Source: Bugula neritina (lineage: Eukaryota; Animalia; Bryozoa). Taken from it: a stretch of 64,000 nt of DNA. Numbering within the stretch: position 1 is the stretch's first letter; every line of letters begins with the position of its first letter. Made by a program: the position numbers and the translations under genes. The stretch lies in NCBI GenBank assembly GCA_964035545.1, contig OZ037773.1, forward strand, positions 3,377,751-3,441,750. Direction: 5' to 3'. Below are positions 23,315-36,621 of this stretch, in pieces. The notes under the pieces were generated by a model. That model ran no database searches, was not told where the DNA came from, and saw only the letters and a list, made by a program, of their open reading frames with translations.

Positions 23315-26300
23315 ATGGATTCACTGTTAATCGCTCTATCAGTGATCATGGTAAGTGAAACTTTAGTTCTAAAACACTTACAATATTTTGTTAGTAACTT
23401 TTATCTATACATAATTGCAATTCTTAAACAGATATTTTCATATTTATATGATGGAGGTTAAAATTGGTTTCCATATTTCTTAGTGTCTGTTATTTCTGCA
23501 ACTTTGAGAAATGAATTGCTTATCTGAATAACATTGCCGTAATATCATTATACAATTTGCAAATCCCTGTGATGTAATAAAAATATTTTTGAAATCTAAG
23601 CTATTTTTCATTCTTTCTATTAAATTAATCAGTTATCCTTTGTAATACTAGAATTGAATCCGAATTACACAAAACATGTGTTTTCAATTTATTTATTCAA
23701 CTCTACGAGGGCTAACACATCTCCACCAGACTTTGTGTCTAAAATCATAGGATCACAGTTTATTTTCAAGTAATTGATTTCAGATTTGCATTCAATCAAT
23801 TTCTCATGTCCTGTTGTACTGAAGGATGTTTTCAACTGAAAAGTGTATTAAGCAAAATGTTAAAAAGCAACTAAAAATGATTCACTCCTATCAATGATTC
23901 AGAGTAATATTCCGATTTTTATGTCATTTCAGCTGACAAACGGCGCAGCTTTCCACATTCCAGGGGAAAAAAACTCTCAACAAGTCAAATTGGTGCCAAA
24001 CTCATTCCAGATTATGATACAGAACTCTGTGCCTACTTCCATACCTCCCGCACAAAAGAAGCCATCTCTCAAAGTCAAGTCATCTTCTCTTGACTCAGGT
24101 ATTTACATTACATCAGCATTTTATTTTGCATCTCAACAAATTCAATGCTAAAGTCACATAATACGGCCACAGGTGTGGAGTAAAGCAGCGAAAATTGTTG
24201 ATGCCCACTAAACAGCTAATAACTAGACCACCCATCTAAGCAAATTTCTATCCTTTATTAATACTTGATCATGCGTAAGAATAACAACTGAGTGTGTGTG
24301 AACTTACGTGACATATTATGTAATTAATATTTGTATACAAAGAAATGAAAAAAGTGAATAAGTAAAATATGCCAAGCTAAAGGTAATTAGTTAAACGATA
24401 CATGGCCTGTCAACCTTAACACCTGCTTAGTGCTGCATAAGACAACAACTTTAAACAAACACTAGTCACTGTGTAGTAACCAACACCACTCTGTTTAGAC
24501 TTTTTTGACGTAAGAATCTAATCATTTTAATTATCTAAAAGTGCTTTCATTAGTTACCGATACAAATAATATGTTGACTTTAATTACAACCTCTAAATCA
24601 ACATACCTCAGATTCAAGCATGGCTAATAATGAGCAAAACCAAACTGCTTTTAATTGGGGTATAGCCGTGTTTTGATACTGTCAGATTAGTGGCTGTAGA
24701 ATTTTTATTAACTATGCTCCATGTTTATTGGCTTCATTTCTGACGAATCTCTCCCTCACTGCACGTCATCGTGCAGTTTGAGACGTCATGACCTAATTCA
24801 CCCCTCTCAGCATCGCAATGTGCTAATCACTAACAAGTTTACACTCAGTCATTTGTAAATAAAGGTAGAAAAATTGCAAAAGAATAATTCTATGAAGGCA
24901 TAGCATATTAGATGATCTTTCTGCTAGGATTATATATATATAGACACAGAACTACTGTGAAACTGAGCTCATCGTTTCCACATTAGATATTGTAGGTCTA
25001 GATAAACTTTAGAATAGTATAAATAGCTCTTGAACTTTGTTTAAAATAACTGCTAGGTTAAAGGAGGTGCTATGTAATGTAATCGGAGAATAAAAGAAAG
25101 GAAAGGTCACCCACATTACCTGCAATTACAGTTACTCACTAAACCTAATCATCAGCATTTCCTAATTAGTGAAGACATTCCAGGCAATCAAGATATTGCA
25201 TTACATACTCTTTCATATAATACATGACTTCTGTGACGGTCATGGATTTTTCTGCTCAATTATTCCTAAAAAACAGTTAATTTCTTTTGATTCCTTACAA
25301 GAAATGAGTGTTTCATACCTCATTCACTCTATTATTACTTGTCTTAATAGAATTTAACATTTTTTTCAGGAGTTATCTCCTATCAGTCTGATGGAGGGTA
25401 TAAGCAATGGTGGCCCACACAGCAGAAAGAGGAAGTTGTGTCTTGCCATAAGTCATGTCCTTATGGATACGAAGCAGACGTGGAGGGCAATGAGCTCTGT
25501 AAATGTAAAGATCCTTGCAAGGTGAGACGAATTGATGTCGTCATATAATTTAATTTACAGTTCTGTTTCAACAACAGTGATGATATCTTCAAATAATTTG
25601 CTTTGTTAGTGCAGCACCTAGCACTGAAATCTTGCCAACCCTTTAAGAAATAGTATAGTTACCGTTTGAAAAATCAATGTTTTATAAATTATTGAAATTT
25701 AATCAGTGTGTTTTGAATAAGTCAGTGGAAGTCTTTGTCAAGCCTTTTACTCACCTGATGACATGTACGTCTGCACTTGAAAACCAATTTGATTCACACG
25801 TCTGCGGACAGCAGGGAGCTGTGAAACTCTGTTGGTAAACATTGAGTCACCAGCTGTTAGTTATTAAAGTCTCTTAAGCAAATATTTAGTATACTGACCA
25901 ACAGTAGTCTTACTTCAGTACCAAGGGATGTAAGAACTTCAATACGCTTTAGTGCAGCACTGTTAACTTTTATAAACAAGTATGTAGTCAGCATGCATTC
26001 ACTTTTGATTAACATCAGATTTCTTAAAGTATTTATTTTGTTCGCAGGGAGTCGAGTGCTTTGGTGGAATGAAGTGTGAACCAAAACGAGAGTGCTTGTT
26101 TGATCAGTGTCATTACACAGCTGTGTGTAAAGGTAAGGCAATTCATATAATGAACTGTTCTTGTAGATTTTGTAAGTTTTTGATATACAAAACTTGAACT
26201 CAATTTTCAAGGTTCAATTATAACTGTAGACTCATCCATGTCACATGCATTTATTTAAAGAGTTTATATTCCAAAATTACAGACATGAAAACATGTTTCG

Positions 26301-27331
26301 AAATTCAGTGTAATACTGGTCTTAAAAAATATATGTATGAACAAAAGTCAGAACTCTGTAGGATTATTTAAAAGAAAATATTATTTAAAGTATGTACAAA
26401 GTAGTGTAAAAAAGTCATGTGATGAAAAAGGTTTAGCAATGCCGTTAATTTATGTATAGCTGATGACATCTGCTTGCTGCCAAAGCCAAAGTTCACATTC
26501 ATGTGCGAAAAGCTGTCAAAGAGATACTACTTTGACTCTAAGAGAGGTCTATGCCGAAAGTTCTGGGGATGTGAAGAAGTCACTGGCAATAGCTTCGACA
26601 GCAAGAAGGAATGTAAGAAGTCGTGCTACAGCAGAGACGAGAAGTTGAGAGACAGGAAGGAGAGAGTTCAGCAGAAGACCAGTGACGACAGCTCTTTGCC
26701 TGGTAAGTGTGGGCAGAAACTGTTGGATAACTCAATGCAATTTATGTAATAGTATTTTATGTGTTTTAGTAATTGTTTTTATCTATAATTTAAGCTACAG
26801 AATGATTTTGATTAAATATTTTCAAACAATACCATCAGGCTTGAATACCATATTGGATTGACTTTGTGTTTTGAGCTCCAACTACCAGTGCCTCTGCATG
26901 TAAAATATATTGGGTTGGTGTAATCGCTTCTATGTTTTCAATTTAAAATTTTAAATGTTGTCCTATAGCTTGTAATTCCTTACTTTGTAGAGTCGAGTGA
27001 GTTGGAGAGTCAGGAGATGAGCAACGTTATTCCTCAGTATTTAAACGTGCCTTCAATCAACAGAATGTCTGAGGATTTTGAGGAGACAAATAATCAAATC
27101 GATACAAACATTCAACAACCCTACTCAATGTTAAATCAACAGGTCCTGGGGCTAAACCAGAACACCGGGTGTCCTGATGAGAATCCGTATGAGTTGTGTC
27201 CTTTTGACCCTTGTGCGGGATGCAACAATCCCAACATCCAGTGCTTCATTTCCTTCTGCGGCAAATGTCAAGCCATCTACATAGACCTGAGTTCAGGAGA
27301 AGCTAGCAACAGATTCGCTGCCGTCTGTTGA
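23315..27331 (+). CDS. Secreted Cys-rich multidomain protein: signal peptide, antistasin-like, follistatin-N-like, Kunitz/BPTI and a C-terminal Cys cluster (6 coding exons)
   Basis: MDSLLIALSVIM|LTNGAAF (signal); CHKSCPYGYEADVEGNELCKCKDPCK; GVECFGGMKCEPKRECLFDQCHYTAVCK; ICLLPKPKFTFMCEKLSKRYYFDSKRGLCRKFWGCEEVTGNSFDSKKECKKSC. GT-AG phases are consistent. Confidence 0.85.
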
Positions 27332-28389
27332 GCAACTGATGACGCGTCAGGAAGGAGATGGAAAGTCAGGAAGTTGACAAGGCCGGCCGAAGGTCACACT
27401 TGACCTGTGAAGTTGGGAATGGACAGCAAGTGCAACATCGGCTATAGACAGTTTTCTTACATTCAGCTGACAGAGCCCTTGTGCGCTGCTGCGTATGATA
27501 TTATATAAAACACACATTGATCTCAGGGAGGGTGGAGCAAGCACCCGAATTTATTGTAAATATTGTGTATAAAATTCAGACTATAGTTAAGTTTGAAGCA
27601 TTGATAATTATTAGAAGCAGATTTGGGGCAGTAAATTGCTGGCAGTAACTGTTGGGCTTGTGCTGTACAGCATACCTGTGCACTAAGACAATAGAATAAT
27701 TGCATTTTCACTTAACACAGCGGAAGAGTGGTGCAGTGCATTATTCTCTTAATTAATACAATATTGTATTTTATTATAATAGATTTCACGTTTTTTCTTA
27801 GTCAACCTTCATTGACTAAAACTCGTGCATTTCTTAGGCATGTCCTAAGCACGGTGTACGAAATGCAATATTATATTATAGACTCTGATAAATTATATTG
27901 CCATAGATTTCTATGTTGTTAGCTCTTTTTTGTACATATTATTGTAATAATCTTTTCTAATGTTTTTATATTTTTGAAGGTAGTTTTGTATAGCCACGAA
28001 TAAATTTAATTTCTCTAAAATTAATATATAACAAGTTTTGTTAGACAATAATTATATTTTCGACTATTTGTAGACACAACTAAAACTGCAAGTATTAATT
28101 CTAGATTCAATTTACCTATCACTCAACAGAAGGTAAAATAAAGTTGGGTATATGCAAATGTAGCACACAGTGCACTTACATTAACCATACATTACAAATA
28201 TTCACTATATACCCATGATTACAAAAATGACTATAGTAGCAGTGTACCGTATTAATTTCTGGTGTGCATTGCTGGGTTAGATATAATTCTTTACTTACAT
28301 TTGTTTCCAAGCTTAGCATTATGCAAATGGATTTGTCATTCAATGATTGGAACCAGTTGCATCGAAAGTGTATATTGCTGAGTTACCCA

Positions 28390-28460
28390 GTAGCTCCTGT
28401 GGTGTAACGGTAGCTTGCAAGCTGGAGGTCTCAGGTTCAAATCTCAGCAGGGTAAAATTA
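28390..28460 (+). mobile_element. tRNA-like fragment (SINE head or tRNA pseudogene)
   Basis: gctcctgtggtgtaacggtag (A box) ... aggttcaaatc (B box); the anticodon arm is truncated, so no intact cloverleaf. Confidence 0.55.
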
Positions 28461-28562
28461 TTTTATAGAATGAAGCCACAACCATAAGCTCATGAATACA
28501 AACCATAACCACAAATTCATATGTAGAAGGAAATTCGTTCTTGATGCGAAGTCATGGAAACT

Positions 28563-28893
28563 CAGTGTTGCCAGCACATAAGTGGTCCAAGAAAAAGGGG
28601 ACTTGTCCCCTCTCTTTGGTGATTATCGATTCTATATTTAGCTATCTAATATCTTGAAAGAGTTTTCCTATTTCTTTTATAAAGCTAAGTAAATGTATAC
28701 TAGTTAGCTATATAGGTATGAAACGCAGTGTTGCCAGCACATAAGTGGTCCCAGAAAAAGGGGGACTTGTCTCCCCCTCCCTGGTGACTATCTATTCCAT
28801 ATCTAGCTATCTAATATTACGTTAAAAGAGTTTTCTTATTTCTTTTATAAAGCTAAGTAAATGTATACTAGTTAGCTATATATGTATGAAACT
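28563..28893. repeat. Tandem duplication, ~163 bp x2
   Basis: cagtgttgccagcacataagtggtcc...gtatgaaac begins at 28563 and 28726. Confidence 0.9.
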
Positions 28894-31800
28894 TTTCTGT
28901 AAAGTCAGATGTTTGTTATTGTATTGTTAAAGATCACTTTACTGTACCTAATCATCTTTGTTTTTGTTCATTGCCATGGTACATATATATTTGTTCAATT
29001 AATTTCTAATTTTGTGTAAAATGTAATGAACTTAGTATCCTTGTATTAATAGCACATGCAAGCGAAAGGTTCAAAGCTTTTTACACTTTCATTAGCAAAA
29101 GTATAATAAACAATAGACAAAGATGAATTAAAGGCACAAAAAAAACTTTTAAAAGTGTTTATAGGAGAATTTATGTATAATCTCATTGAACAGGTTAAAA
29201 TGAGATAGGTACAGCATGCATTGAAAAAGGTGAAGAAGTTGATGTATTGATTGACGCAGGGGAGTAACAAGGAAAAAAGAGTTGAGATATAGCCATCAAA
29301 GAATATTATATATAATTGGAAAAATACAACATAATATGAATGCAAAGAGCTTGGTGGATAGAATCAAAATAATCCAAAAGGGGAGCTAGCTAGTAAGTAA
29401 TATATATCTTAGAGAATTTCTATAAAACCGTAAAAGCTAGTAAATTATTGTAGAAGCATGAATTGCGAATACAAAACTGTGTTACAAGTCATGACATAGA
29501 CTGATCTATTTCTGTAAATGCTACTATATTATATGGAATTTGCTTTACGTAAACATATGAATGAATAACTATATATATATAATAACTGTGCCTATTCACC
29601 TGAATGTATAACTACAATAATAGTAATTACCATCTAATTAAATGAATCGATAATCCGGAATCCGTAACTTAATCATCAGACTTATTCTTTGTTTTTCTGT
29701 GCCCGAAATTAGCTGCAGATGCATGATTAAGTATTACTATGTATAATGTATACTACGCAATATAATATATAATGTAATAGTATACAAAACAATATATAAT
29801 GTAATATACAAAGTAGTATAATGGCTGCATAATTTTCAAATTATATAAACTTTAATTTAAGTTTGGTATGTAAAACCATCAAGTTTTACTAAATTGCTGG
29901 TGTTGAAAGTATACAATATTTGCACATTGAGATATGGCTTATAACTGAAGCAACTGCAGAACCTTTATTAAATTAGATACACGTCTTGCCATAGATCTAA
30001 TTTTCACAAATTCTGCCTATTAATAGACTGGGTGCTTTCGCATACTATTTTAGCTGTTTCTATTTGCTAACTCTTTGGTGTCCGCTCAAACATACAGGAT
30101 GAAGTTACACTAATATAACATTTTGTTTCTGTGACAGAAAATTTCAATAGCTTGTGATCTTTTGTTCTTTGGTGCATTTTGGTTCAGATGTCTTCCTGTC
30201 TTAAAAGATATAGTGTTATTTGTTATATTTTTTATCTAGATTTTCTCAATTTGTACTTTAATGCACTTGCCTCAAATTTAGAGCTCAGATAAAACATCTT
30301 TATAAACGTTGTTACTCTGCATATCTACTGAGATTGAAATGTTTGCCGTTAGCTTTAAGTATACAAAAACTAGCTTAAATAGTTTCATATTTAAACTAAA
30401 AATTAAATCTACCAAACTCAGAAGTTGATATGTACAGAGCTCTGCTCTTAAAGTTGCATCACCAATCTCTTAGAACTACAAGGCATCATCATGTATTGAT
30501 TGCTACAGCATGTGTAGAAATTAGTGCTTAACTCAATTATTTTGCTTGATGAATGTGTTGTTATAGTAAAATGGTTGGTGTGTTCTCATTTCTATTAGGT
30601 AAAAATTTCTATTAATATTAATAACTGATTCACGCAGCTAGGGTGGAATGTTTAAAAAAAAGCAAGCCGCTTATAATTGTCAAATCCTAATTAGGTAAAA
30701 ATTTGTTGTTATTGCATAATATATAAATAGAATAGCTGACCATCAAAATATTATGTGGCAACACTCCGAACAGTGAGTGATGATTACATAACATTATACA
30801 ACAATCCCTTACAGGTTATTTATAGTCACAGCTATATTAACTTGCTTCTGCTGAAGGTCATCCTATTATAAGCATGTTTCCACAGGAATTGAAGTATGTT
30901 ATATAATTCTAATGAAAAGTCAGTATTTAGTATATTTGAATAGAATTTGTTGAATTAGACTGGCAGGTTTATTATTTCTTTTTTATATTTACTATCAATG
31001 AACCTGAATACTAAATCCTTAAATAATCTAGAAAAATACCAACAATACCCTTTAAAATTGCTAATCAACTTTGATCAATGTGACTTAACAAACATGATAC
31101 CTATTAAAACTTCATCGAAACCATCAGTACCTCATCGTATGGCTCAGTAAATAATTGTATTAACTACTATATATCTCATTGTAATTACTGAAGCTCACAT
31201 GTAAAGCACACCGAATGCTGTATTTCACACACATGTGATTTGTAAGAGTTGTAAAGTAACTTGTCAAGTCATAGCATGTGCTTGCAGGCATATTTTTTCA
31301 CATGGGGTGTGATGTCACTAGATCAGGTGGCTATTTATTGTTTATAGCATACGTAATTTGTTTTTGGTGAAATACATGATAATCAAGTGCACATCTTAGC
31401 ACGAACCTAGATGAAAACATCAATATCACGAGCTTGAACTCTGTATGAACATTCCATAGCTGGAACACAGAGATCTGAGGGCCACACTTACACCGTATGT
31501 TATTATAGATAGTAAGTGAGGTATTATTGCAATATGTTGTAACTGACCATTAGTTAACTCAACATAGGAATGTAAATGCTTATACACACTCTTGTTATTT
31601 ATTTTCTTTCTTATTTTTTATAAAGGTTCATATTATGATGAATATTGCAACTGTAACCAATATGTTGAGTTTGAAGAATATTACTAATGTGAAAAGTTGT
31701 TGTGAACATGTGATCAAGCTGTCCTCCATCTGTAAATATTGACAAGATCTATTAAAGACAGCAGGTTGAGTTTACAGCATGCGCAGGTCAGCTATTTACA

Positions 31801-32568
31801 ACAAACTCAAGTCCAAAATATTTACAATTCAAGAGTTGTCTTCTTTTTGCATTTGAATGAGAAGATTTCAAAGTACACACTAGCGGCAAATCAAGTTATA
31901 AGAAGCTTGTTTTGACCAGACAAAGTCATACGAGTTGGAGTTGTAAAAACTTGCACTATTTATTAGTTCAGTGTACAAAAGTATGAAATATTATTTTAAT
32001 ATTTAAAAATTTTTCAGGGGACTCTGACAATTACTGAGGCTAACATAACAGTTATCACACAAAAGCTGACTATTTTCAAAGATTCAAGTTGAGACAATTC
32101 CCACTATATCCAGCGTAAACCTGTCATGTCCTGCAGCTACGTTTCCATCTTGTCTACAAACCGACATTTAACTTGATTAAACAATGTTAAGAGTAATCAA
32201 TACCCAATAAAATCAATATATAAATATATAATTCTATGAAGCATGCGAGCTTTAAAATCATGTATTCAACTGCTCGAGAAAAACACGACACATCTTAACT
32301 GTAACCAACAATCCCGCCTAAATGCACATCCTGTTCAATTAAGTCACTCGTTAGTATGTAAAAGTTACATTCAACAAAGACACACAACTATTTTCACCAA
32401 ATAGAAAAACCTTTCCAAAAGTGACGCTATGAAATTCACTTGGCAAAACGTTATGTTACTCAAAACTAGACTATAAACTACTATACGTGACGCGAGTAGT
32501 CAGCATATACTGGTCAGATAACTCCAACAAAATAAGTCCTGATGGGACAATAAATATTTGTTTCAAAA

Positions 32569-33334
32569 TCATTGCTCACCAATTTTCAATTTTGCTATGA
32601 GCTGTTCGGTGAATACTTCTTTTAGAGGTCTTGGTTTACTCTTCTGCTTCTCTAACTCTTCCTGTTTTTCTATAGCCTCTTCTTCAGATAATCCGAGCCA
32701 TTCCACTTCCTCCCGACTGTATGTGATATACTTCTTATACTTGTCATATATCTACCAACATATCATTACGGTTTACACTATTATGTCAACTAGCCCGAGT
32801 TCTAACACACACAGGTATCAAGCTACAACTACGCATCATAAAATCCTGAGAAATATAAATTTACATTTAATCTAAGTTGACTTTTCGCATACGGCAATGA
32901 GTAAGAATGTAGAGTCAACTAAGTGACTCAGCTTCAAGTGATTGGAGTTGCCTTACCTTTTCTCTTTTCCCGGCATCATTAGGATAGAGGGACTTGTCCA
33001 TGAGGGCCTCCAACATTCTCTGTTTCAGCTTTAGGGCTAAATTTGAATTGAGATCTTCTTCCGGCGTCTAAATACAACTGACCAATGAAAACACCAGCTC
33101 ACAATAATATAATATAATACACTTTAAATATGATGAATATATATATATATATATATATGCTCGTGACTACTAGGTGACCCCTAGAATCACTTGAGCACTC
33201 TGGCTTGAGTTTACACACCTTTTAAATATGCTTTAGTAAAACTATAAGTTTCACTATTGCGAAGGTGTGGGCCATGGTACTCTGTTCTGTGCTGATGAGG
33301 GGACAAATCCCAAAACAGCTGCTGTCCACAGATT

Positions 33335-33388
<54 letters not shown>

Positions 33389-34571
33389 TATTACATAATA
33401 TCTACCTGTAAGATATACGAGTCTAGACCGAATGCATCATCTATCAGCTGCCAGGCTCGATCAGTCACAGTGATCTTCAGATGCTTGTCTAAGATTTCGC
33501 TGTAGAGTATCGCCTCTCGGAAGTGGGGAACCCAGATCTTGGGAGCTCTAGAATATATGAGCACTGTAACCTCGTTGCTGCCGTGTGAGAACCCTACTGC
33601 CGCATAGGCATGCTGCCACTGTGACTTTACATGTCACTGAGAAGTGGAACTATTGACATACTGCACCATGAAAGTCTCCAAACAGAACGGTCATCCAATG
33701 AACAAAAATTTAAATAAGAAAACATAATAAAACTCTGGTGTGCTGAGTAACTGAATGTTTAATACCACACTGTCAAATTGATGAATTTTTTTCCACTTGA
33801 GTAAACACAAAGTGGACAACTCCAAAGCACCACATTTGTTTTAAAGCAAAACACAAAGAGACAGCTGTCTGTAAATTTTTTCCTCTTATGATTGAAAAAG
33901 TATTCCAACTTACAGCTAGATAGTAGAGATATAAATAATAAGAGATAAGCTGGTAGTTGTGGACAGACAACTCTACTGCCTCACCTTGCAGCCCGGTATC
34001 GCCTCTGCACATATCCCTTTATGATTCCTTCACCTCCCCATAGTCCTTGGTCCGCTTCAGCTGGGAATATCAATGGGATGGGACGGTTCTGGACTGGTAT
34101 AACAGTGTCTGGGTGGTGTCCTTCCTTCCAGAGCCCAGGCTCTTTCTCGTAGTGTACTGGAGTATCTGCTCCGTTCATAATAGCCTTAGCAATCTAACAA
34201 TATAATAATAGATCAATGCAATCTTAATAGATATCAAATATCCTATTGGAGAAAATTATAATGAAATAAATTATATAAGCTATAGAAATTGCAAACTTCA
34301 ATTTCTAAGAAAGTCAAAAGTTCCTTGAATCATTTTTAGCTTTGATGAGGCAAACTAACATTTTAAATCGGTTCTAACTAAATGTCTTTAACTAAATTTC
34401 CAGAAGAGATTTTAATATTGGTTAAAAACATGTCAAGTCATCATCTGTTACCCGGATTTTGCGCTGCTTGTAGTGATCAGGAAGTCGGGCACGTACACCA
34501 ATCTCCCATCTTCTCAGAGATTTAGGGTTACAGAAACCTCTGATAAGTTTTGGATATACAACACTTGTCAT
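32569..34571 (-). CDS. MRPL28: Mitochondrial ribosomal protein L28 (bL28m), 5 coding exons
   Basis: ARLPDHY, TPVHY, PIPLIFPAEADQGLWGGEGII, KIWVPHFREAILYSEILDKHLKITVT, IDDAFGLDSYIL, TPEEDLNSNLALKLKQRML, IYDKYK, EVEWLGLSEEEAIEKQ match MRPL28 family motifs. Confidence 0.93.
33159..33338 (+). mobile_element. ~180-bp element inserted in a (TA)n microsatellite, carrying a hammerhead motif (Penelope-like/retrozyme remnant)
   Basis: Bounded by (TA)n runs at 33137-33158 and ~33338-33386; hammerhead fold at 33286-33332. Confidence 0.65.
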
Positions 34572-36621
34572 GCCTTGTAACTTCTACTTTCTAAATTCTT
34601 CTGACCAGTACCTAAAATAGCAGACACACACTGTGGTGCTGAGTACATGTTTTAAAACTCCAAATTAAGTCTTTATCACACAGATCAGGTTTCTATGTAC
34701 AACAAACTTGAAAAAACACACCACAAACAACACATGGATACGAAGAAAGTTTTTATATAATATTTACTTCTGCCGTTATTAACTGTAGATTTTTTGATAA
34801 TAATTGCCTAAGATTCGAATCAATTTTAACTTTGAAATAATATTGATAGCAGATCAAAATGAAATACTAATAGTAATTGTAAAGTGAAATATTTCAAACA
34901 ATAATTATAGTATCGATGAAAATATAATTTAAGTTTAAGATCGACTTGGCTTAAAATTGAAGTTACTTTCCTACAATTTAAAAAGAAAATTACAATAGGC
35001 ATAGCCAATATGGCAATAACTAAAAGTATAAGTACAACCATAAGTATTAGATTTAGTATAACTATTAAGTATTAACTATTAGCATTACTATTAGTATTAG
35101 TCATACATAATAATAATCATATGACGGTTAATACTATCACTAGCTTAGCTCAACAGACACACCGAGTGATGACCTCAAATGCTTCCGTTGTGACCGCATA
35201 TGCAGATCACTGATAGGACTCAGAAGTCATCAAGCTACTCACAAACAGCTGTAAGCAGACATCATACTTTACTTGGAGGGATAGCAAAGAGAGAGACTAT
35301 TAGTATTACTATTACTAATACTAATACTAATACTATTAGTAATAGTATTAGTATTAGTATAATAATAACAGTAATTATTACATTCACCATAACTAATAAG
35401 ATAAGTATAATTATTAGTAATGCTTATAGTTATACTAGAGGGTATAGTTTATAGCTGTTCCAGTTGGTCAAAGTGGAAGAATAACATTAAGTTTAACTGT
35501 AACTGTTAGTGTTAGACGCAGAGTTAGTGTTACTGTTACTGTTAGTGTTACACTAACTCGGTAACTGTAAGAATAAGAGTTAGATAAATGTAATTACTAC
35601 TAGTCCTAAATTACTGAAAGTAAAATTAAATGATAACTGACAAACATCAAACAGATCTTACTCTAACTTCAAGCTAGAATAAACATAAATATAAATATAA
35701 AATAGAAATTCAAGTTGCACTTTTCAGCTCAAACAAATGAAAATTTTATTGAAGTTGACTCAACCTTGACCTAGTATGAAAGCATTTGTCATTGAGAAAA
35801 ATTGACAGCTTTCAGAATGATACCCAATGAATAGGAGAGAATATTTTTAGTTCAGTTTTGATAACGCTATCTTTGTAGCGATTCTTTGACGTCCGTACCG
35901 ATAATTTGTGCAAACTCTTGCTAGCACGCACGCAAATTTAATACATGTGCGATATCTGTTATTTTATACCTACGTGCGCTTTAATTTAAACCGAGTAATG
36001 TTCATCCAGTTTTGTCAGTTTCCAATCTTGCTAATGAATTTGATGGTCATAATTATAATATTAATAATAATGATAAAGATTATAATTTATGTAATGGATT
36101 GCCTATTGTGTTTTCATATTACTATTAGTACTGCATTTACTATTAGTATAACTATAAGTATTAGTATTAGTATTACATTTAGTTTTACTGATTTAGTTTT
36201 AGTATACCTAAAATCTTTTATTATTATTACTCATTGCTTATAGTTATTAGATATAGTATAAGTATAACATTACAAATAAGCCTATTACTAGAGTATTAGT
36301 AGTAGTACTATAACTATAGTAATGGTCGATAAATCTATAACTAGAACTTACAAGTTAAAGCTGTTTTCTTTAAAATGCATGCTTTTTACCAGTTCTTACT
36401 GAATTTGTTATTAAGTCAGCATCACAAAATAAACGTCAACAAAATAAATCCTCGGCAAAAAGGTATAAAAAGTTTCATCATGAATTATGCAACTTAATTT
36501 ACATTCTAAACATTCATTTGATTTTTAGGACTTGCATTTATGATGCTGATATCTGTCCATTACTGACCCCCCAAAAACAAGGTAGACTACTATTTTGATA
36601 CAAAAAACTGCTACAATCACC

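Noticed and set aside
25750-25790. Other CTGATGA motifs (also ~48918 and ~60541) as hammerheads
   Set aside because: No stem II or stem I pairing around the core.
28390-28460. Functional tRNA gene
   Set aside because: A and B boxes are present but the anticodon arm and acceptor stem are incomplete; more likely a SINE head or pseudogene.
35200-36243. ORFs 35200-35454 and 35908-36243 as small membrane proteins
   Set aside because: Low-complexity products of the ANT-periodic promoter-flanking DNA with no recognisable domain.
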